64,000 nt of DNA from Balanoglossus misakiensis (lineage: Eukaryota; Animalia; Hemichordata): positions 9,573,846-9,637,845 of the forward strand of contig CM082577.2 in NCBI GenBank assembly GCA_040954595.2, in the 5' to 3' direction. The notes beneath the pieces are model-generated. The model was not told where the DNA came from. It made no database searches and saw nothing but the letters and a program-made list of their open reading frames with translations. Shown here in pieces: positions 26,289 to 35,049 of this stretch. Both the position numbers and the translations under genes were made by a program. Within the stretch, counting starts at the first letter, position 1, and each line of letters begins with the position of its first letter.

Positions 26289-26664
26289 GTGGGTAATGTT
26301 TACATGTATGTCCGTCCACATGTTCTACCACGGTCGATCCATGGAGGGACCGTGGTTCTACTCAGTCAGTGGATGCAGGTTGCCCACGTGGGCTGAGCTT
26401 ATGTACAGGCTGTCGATCTCACACTTCAGATACCTACGACGTAGCTGCAGAACCGCAGCTCGGGGTTTTCTCTGGTATATTGTGTGTGGACCGGCGACGG
26501 CAAAACTAGCCGTCCACACTCAACACCAGTCAATACATCATGATCCAGCTATGGTACTGGAGCTATGCAACGCCATGGAGATGCATGTACTTCTGTCTGC
26601 CAACATTTACGAAACCGCCCCACCCTGTATATAAAAACAAAACATTGTCTGATTTCTCCTGCAG

Positions 26665-26775
26665 ACATCTCATCAGAAGTCGCTCCACAGCTGGTCCGTC
26701 AAAGCAGGTGAACAGTTTACCTGTCCAGTCGTGCAAAATCAGACCGCCGATTATGTGGCTGTCCAACACCGCCAA
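26665..26775 (+). CDS. NOL11: NOL11 exon 2
   Basis: TSHQKSLHSWSVKAGEQFTCPVV resembles [22 protein letters not shown]. Confidence 0.9.
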
Positions 26776-26965
26776 GTAGGTTTCAATCTAAAGCAAACAA
26801 TAACATGTGAAGTGGATGAACGATGGAGTAGTGTGTTTATCAAATTATCTGTATGTATGCGTATATGTGTGTGTACACTTTTTTGCTTTAATGCTGACAC
26901 TGTACAACTATAGATACGCTCACCCCAAAAGGTCATACAAAATATAATTTCATTTCCTTTGCCAG

Positions 26966-27226
26966 AATGTAAGATTGTGGAAGACAGACGACGTAGATGT
27001 CCAGAAGCAAAAGAAGTATGTTCTTCCGCAGCCAGTACATGCCCTGTTCTCAAGACCCAGTCGAGAGCCTGTTATCCTGTACAGCAGAGGGGCAGTGCAG
27101 ACACTTCAGGCAGCCATGGATAATCCAAAGTCCAAAGTGGACGACGTGCTGGAGCGTGGGGAAAAGATTGTGTCCGCAGGGATGGTGGGAGAGGAACATT
27201 TGATTCTGATCACAGAGAATGAACAG
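26966..27226 (+). CDS. NOL11: NOL11 exon 3
   Basis: NVRLWKTDDV...EPVILYSRGAV; splice sites in phase. Confidence 0.88.
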
Positions 27227-27847
27227 GTTTGTCTTGAGAGAAAAAGAACTTATTCCAGCAGTCTTGTTAGTGTATTGATGTGAATTATACTGGTGTATTT
27301 CTGGCAGATGCTTGACTGAAAAGTTCAGTCTGACTGTTGAGGTTGCTGTGTCGATCCCCATCATAAATGGGTGGAGGATGCAAAGCGCCCTCAATTGACA
27401 GAAGATTCAGTCTAGGCACACATTTAATCGCTGACCATGGTGTCAAGCATTGTAACATCCAGCATTTGGGGGTGCACATACTCATATGTACAATGTATCT
27501 TCACAAAGGACTGTGGGAGAAAATACTCTCTATACTATGGAGATCTTTGGTGAAACTGGCCTTTTCTGAAAGACATTACTGTAGGATGTTGCATGTACAT
27601 ATGACATGCACCTTTGGAGATGATTTGATATCAGATTTGAACAACAGACAGGACCAAATAAGAATCGTATGTCGCATACAGAGGCATCTTTCAGTTAAGT
27701 GGATGAATGATGAGGGAAACCAGCAGACACAAAAATTAAAACCAGTTTGTAGTCATATCATCTTTGTCTTAGCATGTAAATAACATCACTTAACTGTGCC
27801 TCTGCATGTTACTTGGGCCATAACAATAAACAATTTCTTTGTTCCAG

Positions 27848-28010
27848 ACTAAAATGAGGAGAGTTTACATCCACTATCTTGAGGTGGAAGGAGATCAAGA
27901 CGAGAACGCAGTAGTGAAATTACGTGTTGAAGCGACAGAAGATTCAACGAAGCCAGTCTTATGTCACTGTGTACACTTTGACAAAAAAAACCCTTTCTTG
28001 CTCACAATGT
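27848..28010 (+). CDS. NOL11: NOL11 exon 4
   Basis: Open frame TKMRRVYIHYLE...PFLLTM between ttccag| and |gtaagt, phase 1. Confidence 0.82.
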
Positions 28011-28321
28011 GTAAGTATTGAAAAGTAACTCTCTAGTATAAGTTTTTAAAGTAGAACAAAATAATACAAAAGCACTCACAGATGACGACAAGCTGTTATT
28101 CAAATGAAGTTGATAAATTTTATAGTAATAGTATCAGATATGATATTCATAACTGCCCAAACACCTATGCATATATATAGTGATAGTTAGGTAGTAAGTT
28201 TGTTACTTAGTTAGTTTGTTTGTTAAGTTTATTATAGTGACATGATGTTTATCATTACAAAAATTACAAATCATATATATACCTCCAAGCCCACGATAAC
28301 TTTTTGTGTTGTTTTTGCCAG

Positions 28322-28510
28322 GGAGCAATGGTTCTGTGTACAAGACCAACATCCCCATCAGTTCAGATTTATCGAGCTCCTCCACTCTGCCATCTCATAA
28401 ATTATTCAGTATCAATGGACTCACAGAGACATGTTCGGTAGCGATGACCATGATCGACGAGTCGCACGTTGCTTTGCTGGGTAACACGGACAAAAGTTCA
28501 CCAAGAAAAG
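28322..28510 (+). CDS. NOL11: NOL11 exon 5
   Basis: (W)SNGSVYK...MIDESHVALLG resembles LDQDHVAVLG. Confidence 0.87.
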
Positions 28511-28760
28511 GTATGTTCCACTGTCCACGATGGAGGGAGTGTGGTATGTTGAAGTTTTCTTATACACAGACGTGTGGTTGTGTGTAGGATATGCTGCATG
28601 GTGTGTCTGTCACTGTTCCTCCATTTCACACACACACGCACTCCCTTCAATTCCCTGCCAACCAGTCCAGTCTATCCTTTGTTTAAAACATCAGCCTTTA
28701 CCAGAGAACAGCTTTGACTAGATCATTTTGAACTGTGCTAATTTGAGCTCTGGAAGTCAT

Positions 28761-28857
28761 TTAAGCTTTTCACCATGCACCATGGTTTGGTCTGAATCCA
28801 CTGTTTTCTATGGTAGAGTTGGACCACTATAGAGGGAACTGGGGGTGAAAGGGTTAA
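28761..28857. mobile_element. piggyBac-like ~90-bp MITE, copy 3 (more diverged)
   Basis: Shares catggtt..gtc..., agagggaactgggg and gaaagggttaa with copy 2. Confidence 0.75.
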
Positions 28858-29009
28858 AGTTTTCATTCAAGAGAGGATTGGATGGTTGTCTTGTCTCAAT
28901 ACTCTCAGTTGCATGCACTGAAGGGACTTGAAATTAACTCAACTTGCAACTTTGTGCCATGTTTGAGTTGTAATAATGACAATTTGTTGTACCCATCTTT
29001 CTTCTGTAG

Positions 29010-29332
29010 AATTACTAACTCTGTGGGATATAAACTATGGAACACTCCAGTCTACACAAGTCGTACACACCAACTCACCACCCTCCACGCACTCCAAATT
29101 GTTCAGATGTGCCTCGAGCATAGTTGCTGTGAGTGGTAAAACAGTCAAGGTGTACGGCTACACAAGTGCGCCCTCAACGTTGTCATTGTCACTGGGGAAA
29201 TGTGGCCAGCCTCTCGGAAGTGCCAATGTCGCGCCGTTTTCATCGTGGTCGGCGCCAAGCTTACCCGGTGAAAGGTCTGGTGACAGTGGAAGGCTTGAAG
29301 GTCTGCTAAGAAGGCTATCAGACAACACAATG
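29010..29332 (+). CDS. NOL11: NOL11 exon 6
   Basis: ELLTLWDINYGTLQ...STLSLSLGK resembles WNIKFQTLQ...SLAGALGK. Confidence 0.88.
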
Positions 29333-29756
29333 GTAATGTTTGTTATGTGTTATTTATCTTCTCCACCGCATTCTTTCATTGGCAGTGTTGCGGTTTGGCT
29401 TGCAATGATGGACTCTCTTGCTTTACACAAGACCTATAGTCCTCAGACCCCTAGGTACTGTGAGTGTGTGTAGTCCTGCCATTAGATGTGTTCATGCCTG
29501 TTCAATGAACTCCCCAAAAATATAACATTTTGTGAAAATTTGTGGTCTTTTACGTTGAAATGAAGTGTATGAAGATTTCATAAAGCTTAGCTACCAGGAG
29601 TAGAACAAGAAATCAGTGAAAAATACTGAAAAAATTAGCCAGAAGTTAGAGTTGCTGGGTTTTTAAGGAGTTCACTGCCAAAAACTGCACACAATTTTTT
29701 TGGAAAATGTGAGAATTATAGATATCAAAAGTTTTACATTTTGTTGAAAATTTCAG

Positions 29757-29947
29757 TGTGAGACTGGTGAAACTCTCTCTCACGCACTCCTGGATTTCGT
29801 CACGGAGTGTGCGGTCAACAAAGGAAAGATGGCGTACTGTGTGCCAGTTTTACTGCAACACATCATCAGTCGGGTGAAAATCGACGGCAATTTCTGGCCG
29901 GAGAAATCAATCGAGGCCCTGGTGAATTGTTTTCAAATATCTGCCAG
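29757..29947 (+). CDS. NOL11: NOL11 exon 7
   Basis: Open frame ending RVKIDGNFWPEKSIEALV; splice sites in phase. Confidence 0.85.
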
Positions 29948-30345
29948 GTGAGACTTTATGCCTTGTCTTTAAAACACAAACTTGTGTCAACTGAATGAAA
30001 TATGTTTGTCTGAATTTGATGCAGAGGAATGCTTTTAAACTTTGTGGGCTTTGCATCACAAAATGGCAACAGTCCGTGGAAAGGAATTTTTCCTTATGTT
30101 TCATACAGAGGTGCTATTTTGGACAAACAAGAACTGTAAGAACCAGAACACATACAATCTAGGAGATTACATGACATGAAACCATTTAAGACTTGTTGAA
30201 AAAGTTGAGCTAGCCATAGCCTGGTTTTTATCACAAAGGACTGGAGCACACAGACTTATAGGTTATTTCATATACTGTGACTGGTGTTTTAAGCTGCCTA
30301 TTAAAGCTATACATGTACAACTCTTTTTTTTCTTGAAATTTTCAG

Positions 30346-30471
30346 ATCATGCTCTGAACTTTTTCCAATCCTAATAGAGAAGAACGAATTAGCTTTGCTT
30401 AACTTGTGTTGTCGTTGGATGACCGACTTACCGGAGAAAACCTTAGCCAGATGTCTTCAGTATTACCTTGG
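30346..30471 (+). CDS. NOL11: NOL11 exon 8
   Basis: SCSELFPILIEKNELALLNLCCRWMTDLPEKTLARCLQYYL resembles LLQLCLQQFPDIPE. Confidence 0.9.
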
Positions 30472-30884
30472 GTAAGCTAAAATATAATACCCATAGATGC
30501 AGAATCCAAAAGAAGAATTTTCTTGGATATTCTATACTCATTGAGTTAGCCGTACAGTATGCAGTAGGGATGAATGAAAATTGTTGGGTGGATATGATTG
30601 TTTACATACTTCTAAGCTCGGTGGTAGTTGTGGAGATGACCTCCATGATCCAGATACTTGGATGTATTTGTCACATGTAGTGTGGAAATGTATCCATGGA
30701 AAAGCGAATGGGAAAGCACTTATTCTATTAGGAATGTCAGTGGATTGAGGGGAGGGGGATGGTCTTTCTTCTTTAATAAGTTTTAATTGCAGATCAGCCA
30801 TGGTTTGAATGTTTATTTTCAGCTACGTTTTTGATGTAGCTCATTTGTCTAGATCTTTTTCAACGTCTTGCGATTGTTCTGCAG

Positions 30885-30998
30885 CTTAAAGAGCCCGCAG
30901 TTACTGAATGCTGCCATGAAGACTAACGAGATACAAAAAGCAGCGAAAAGACTGCCCTCTGGAGACTGCCCAGTGCATAGGTGTACAGCGGTGTTGAT
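30885..30998 (+). CDS. NOL11: NOL11 exon 9
   Basis: LKSPQLL...DCPVHRCTAVL, ending at the U12-type donor GTATCCTT. Confidence 0.85.
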
Positions 30999-31266
30999 GT
31001 ATCCTTGATTGCAACTACCGTGACACCATCAGGTGTATATGTCAGTGTTCATCTGCTGAAGTTTGATGCTTAGGAATGCTAATGTCAACTTATGATGGTA
31101 GAAAATGTGATGATGGGCTTACCCCCAAAATATCAGCTCTTTTTAAATATTTCATAAGAATGAAAAAACAAATACTAGTCTAATGTTTAAAATTGGTCTA
31201 TACTCTTCACCTCGCAAACCTTGATCTGTTGATTTCAAATCACGTTTCCTTGACAACCATCACCAG
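30999..31266 (+). other. U12-type (minor spliceosome) GT-AG intron
   Basis: 5' splice site GTATCCTT, branch site TTCCTTGAC ending at 31254 (12 nt before the intron end), no polypyrimidine tract, and the reading frame is restored across it. Confidence 0.92.
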
Positions 31267-31345
31267 CAATCAAATTCTGCTCTGTCCTGTTAATGATGTC
31301 TTTATCGTCGATCACCTCCGGAACTTCACTTTTGACGAAGTCATG
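31267..31345 (+). CDS. NOL11: NOL11 exon 10
   Basis: (I)NQILLCPVNDVFIVDHLRNFTFDEVM resembles LNAILHSAYSETFLLPHLK. Confidence 0.87.
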
Positions 31346-31545
31346 GTGGGGTTTGCCTTTCTCTATATTCTGTATAATCACTGTACATGTCTTTCTTACC
31401 TGCCCTAATGTACACACACAATCACTACATATATTTCAATAGGAACATTTGGGATATTTTGTGCTACAGTGATGTTTGTATCCTAACCAGTGGCATGAAT
31501 TAATGTGTTGGTGAAATGATATCATTGATTTATCTTTGTCCGCAG

Positions 31546-31620
31546 GTATTCATGAATTATCTTTACTACCTCTTGATCTCAGTGCCAGTGTGTGAAAAAG
31601 ATGGAATATCCATGGCAACG
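31546..31620 (+). CDS. NOL11: NOL11 exon 11
   Basis: VFMNYLYYLL resembles LFLKYLYFLY. Confidence 0.88.
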
Positions 31621-31754
31621 GTGAGTAAATTTTACCTATTTCTGTCCCCAAGACTAAAAAAAGACGTGTTGGGAATTTCTCATAAAATTGTAATTAAGTG
31701 AAAGAAAACCAAAACTATTTCATAAACCTTGACTATTTGTATTGATTTTGATAG

Positions 31755-31862
31755 GTCATAGATTGGTTGTGCATGCTGATAGATGCACATTTCACTCAAC
31801 TGGTGATTGTACACGACGCCAGGGATGTGTTGCTAAAATTACATCGGACAGTTGAGGATCAG
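31755..31862 (+). CDS. NOL11: NOL11 exon 12
   Basis: VIDWLCMLIDAHFTQLV resembles IMDWICLLLDANFT. Confidence 0.93.
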
Positions 31863-32242
31863 GTAGGTCAATATCAATTCTTGCTTTTTGCTTCGTGCTT
31901 GGGGGGTCAAGTCACGTTGTAATGATTGCATTGTGGGTAAAAGGTCGACAACTACCTGTGGTAAGAGTTTGAAGAGATGAAATGTTACCTGCATTTCATG
32001 GCTTATCTCTGTCTAGAATATCTTTGTAGTTAGCATTTGTTCAACTTTTTCACATTTTGTTATTGTTTCTGCTACAAAAGTTCAGTGACCTTCTGAACTC
32101 TGACCCCTGTTGACCTGTAACACCATAGAGGGGTTTACCCCTGAACAGGGTGCTGTTGAGAGACCTTTAATTTTTGCAGCATATATTTGCTCTTTGGCTA
32201 TTACAAGCGAATTCTTTGATTTACATCAAGTGTCATGCACTG

Positions 32243-32516
32243 ATTAGTCTGCCCATCAAAACCAGTGAACCTTGAAAGCGTCTCTAAAGAAATCACCCCA
32301 CTGGTGATTGTTTTTGCCGTACCAGTTAAAGTGTACATGTTATCCCGTGAAGAGGAATGCATGTTCACTCACCTGGAACCAGACAAGACTGATATTAGAT
32401 AAATAAATCACGTATCATAATAGCTCCGTCGCAGTTCTCAGAGGTTAGGCAGTCTTGCTCCACAGGAGAACTGTGACACCTTCAGTAGGTAGATCGTCCT
32501 GATCTAATATACAAGG
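32243..32516 (+). ncRNA. Candidate long H/ACA-type intronic RNA
   Basis: Branched 5' domain, H-box-like AGACAA (32381-32386), 3' hairpin closed by atattagat/atctaatat with a 12-bp upper stem, immediately followed by ACA (32511-32513). Confidence 0.4.
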
Positions 32517-32567
32517 TAAAATGTTGTGAACTTGTTAGTAAAACCAGGGAGAATATTGATACCCTGA

Positions 32568-32690
32568 TGTAATGATGATGTCTAACCACTCCTCTGGGAG
32601 TCAAATTACTGCGATGTCACTCAAACATTGCAGGTCACGCTTAATTTGACCAGCGCAATGTCCAGTGGTCGTTTCCAGATGCTCTGACAG
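32568..32690 (+). ncRNA. Candidate box C/D snoRNA
   Basis: Box C ATGATGA at 32572-32578 and box D CTGA at 32684-32687, with nested internal stems between them. Confidence 0.5.
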
Positions 32691-32909
32691 TTCGGAATGT
32701 TTTTAAGTTTGGAAAACATGAAATTACCAAGACCTATGAAAGTGTTTGTAGTTTTTTCTTTAGTCTATGAGATTTGAACGTGACCTTCTATAGCAACAGA
32801 CAGCAAACGGCAGAAACTAAGCAAAAGTAAAGACGGCGCCTATATCTACAGCTGATTTTAATCAGATTGTGTCTCCCTCAACAATGTCTATCTCTCTTTC
32901 TTTTTGCAG

Positions 32910-33038
32910 GTGCAATTCTTCAAGGAGCTAGGGAGTCTTCGATGTTTGCTGCAACTTCTGGAGACGACTAAGGCTCCGTCAGTCCAACCCAAGCAAGACA
33001 ACAATACCCCGTACTGCATTGAAATCTTGAAGTTGTAG
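32910..33038 (+). CDS. NOL11: NOL11 exon 13 (last); spliced CDS 2001 nt, about 666 aa
   Basis: Ends PYCIEILKL*, resembling YSIEVLELF*; AATAAA at 33116-33121. Confidence 0.92.
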   Translation: MQFFKELGSLRCLLQLLETTKAPSVQPKQDNNTPYCIEILKL

Positions 33039-34386
33039 ACATTGCACGTATCTTGAAATCTGTACATATAATAACCACCTTTTGACCTTAATTGGAGCTT
33101 CAAAATATCAAGGCAAATAAAAAAAATATTTTATTACATGATAACTAAAATGTCTGCATGTTTGTCAAAATTCAGTTCATACAAATGAGAGTGGCCATTG
33201 CTTTTATAAAAAGTAAGGTAATTCCTAACAAAAAAGATCTAACTTCCTTGTGTGTTAGGTTGCTACCTCATCACTTGTGAATAAATGACCAAGCAAGGGT
33301 GATAGTCTGCTTGTACCATGTGGGGGCAGGGTTCGCTCACTATTTTCGAATCACATCATGACATCACTGCTCTGGTTTTTTTCATGGTCCGCATATAATT
33401 TGGCTCTATGCACTTTGTTGGTTATCTGTACTATGTTGTACTCTTTTGTGTTTGTCTTTACAACAGCTCATGTAATTTAATATTTGACCTGGGATTTTTT
33501 CAGAATAAGGATGGGTATGATAAAAATAATTTTTGTTGAAAGATTGAGTCTCAGATGAAAAAAAGTTGTGATATACAAAGTATTTTTTAAAGCTTTTTTT
33601 AATTCACAAATCCTGTCTGGGCCGAGGTTCAATGATTTCCAGTGAATTTAAGATTCGTGTACAAACACAGTAGTATGTTGATTAATCAGCGATTTTATGC
33701 TCGATCCCGCAGCTGAAATCTCGAACAATTTTCTGCTCCATCAAACAGCTGACTTATTTCAGACTAATACAATTTAAATACTTGATTAAAATTTAAGTGG
33801 AACGCAAATGGTTGACTCTGGGATAAATACCTCTAGTGAAGCAAGTCTCAGGGTTACTATAGGCTAAGAGCTAAGGAGGAAAAAACTGAAACATGGCGAG
33901 GTACTGTCGCCATGGATACACATAAATCAGGTAATTGCTACCAATCAAAGGAAATGGTTATGTGATTTCCGGGCTTTTCACACCTTCCTTAATGGTGTGT
34001 GTAACGGATAAATCGTAACAACTTGACACAAAAGTAAGCGTGAACGAAGTTTGTTAGACTACAATACACCAGAATAACAAAATAACAGAAATCTTGTCAA
34101 TAGGTATTCGCGCAGGTCCTAATTATAGCACATCCGATTGTGAACAACTACCGCGAAAGGTGTCGCGTATTCCAGTTGTCTAGAGGAATCGTTATTCAAT
34201 CCATCGAAAGAAAAACGGTCCAATCTCATCATTTGTCGGTGGAAATCAAAGGAAAAACCGGCCGTGTGCCAGTCAATTCGGATTTATTAACATAAAACAT
34301 GCAACAGGGGCAGCGCTATTGGAAGCACGACCGACCGAGATATATATACACGCGCCACCATCATCACCAGACGTGAGTCAGTCAAG

Positions 34387-35049
34387 ATGGCGTCGGGGAA
34401 CGAGGCAAATTTAAAGTTCTCTCCGATGCTGCTGCTGCTTTTCTTCTTCGTCTCCCTGGCAACTGGCGAGGAGGCGAGCGTGCAGGTCATCATAGCGGAC
34501 GAGCCGCAGCTGGAGTACTGCACGTTCTTCAACAACCGGGCTCCGACCGACCAGCCGAACCTGAAGAACTGCACTTGGTTCAGCGGGCGCTCGTGCTGTC
34601 GCCAGGCGGAGATAGCGGCAACTTTCGGGAACGTGAAACCGCTGCAAGGAGCCACGGTGGAATGCCAGCAGATGATCAACTACTTGATGTGCTACATCTG
34701 CGCCCCGAACCAGAATGTGTTCTACAAGCGGGAGAGGCTGACGGTGTGCGAGCAGTTCTGCGAAAAGATCCTGGCGGCTTGCGCGCAGGCCCTCTTCAAA
34801 GGGGCGACGTTTCTGCAGCTGTACAACGACAATGCGACGGAATTCTGCAAGAGTCGGCGTTTCGAAGTGGTCCCCGCGGGCCGCGAGAGAGCCGATCACT
34901 GTTTCAATTTTGATCCGGAGTGGGATAGACATTTCAAAGTGTCGTCGGGGGTTGACTTCACCGGCGGGGAAAAGTCGTGGCGTTTGCTGATCTGGTGCGC
35001 TGCCGCGATTATTTCGAATACAATATTAGAATCGTCGACGTCGGCGTGA
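34387..35049 (+). CDS. Intronless secreted or GPI-anchored folate-receptor/riboflavin-binding-protein-like (Folate_rec fold) protein, 220 aa
   Basis: Signal peptide (MLLLLFFFVSLATG), Cys pattern C..CTWFSGRSCC..C..LMCYICAP..VCEQFCEKILAAC..FC..CF, hydrophobic C-terminus and GC3-rich codons. Confidence 0.8.
   Translation: MASGNEANLKFSPMLLLLFFFVSLATGEEASVQVIIADEPQLEYCTFFNNRAPTDQPNLKNCTWFSGRSCCRQAEIAATFGNVKPLQGATVECQQMINYLMCYICAPNQNVFYKRERLTVCEQFCEKILAACAQALFKGATFLQLYNDNATEFCKSRRFEVVPAGRERADHCFNFDPEWDRHFKVSSGVDFTGGEKSWRLLIWCAAAIISNTILESSTSA

Noticed and set aside
26462-26485. Similarity to hairpin-ribozyme loop B strands (accagagaaa / ggtatatt)
   Set aside because: The two motifs are opposite strands of the same segment, so the required architecture is absent.
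31478-31490. Second GTATCCT/CCTAAC U12-like motif in NOL11 intron 10
   Set aside because: Incomplete consensus and not at an exon boundary.
32230-32520. Telomerase RNA or U17/snR30 identity
   Set aside because: No CUAACCCU template, no P6.1-like element and no m1/m2 motifs.
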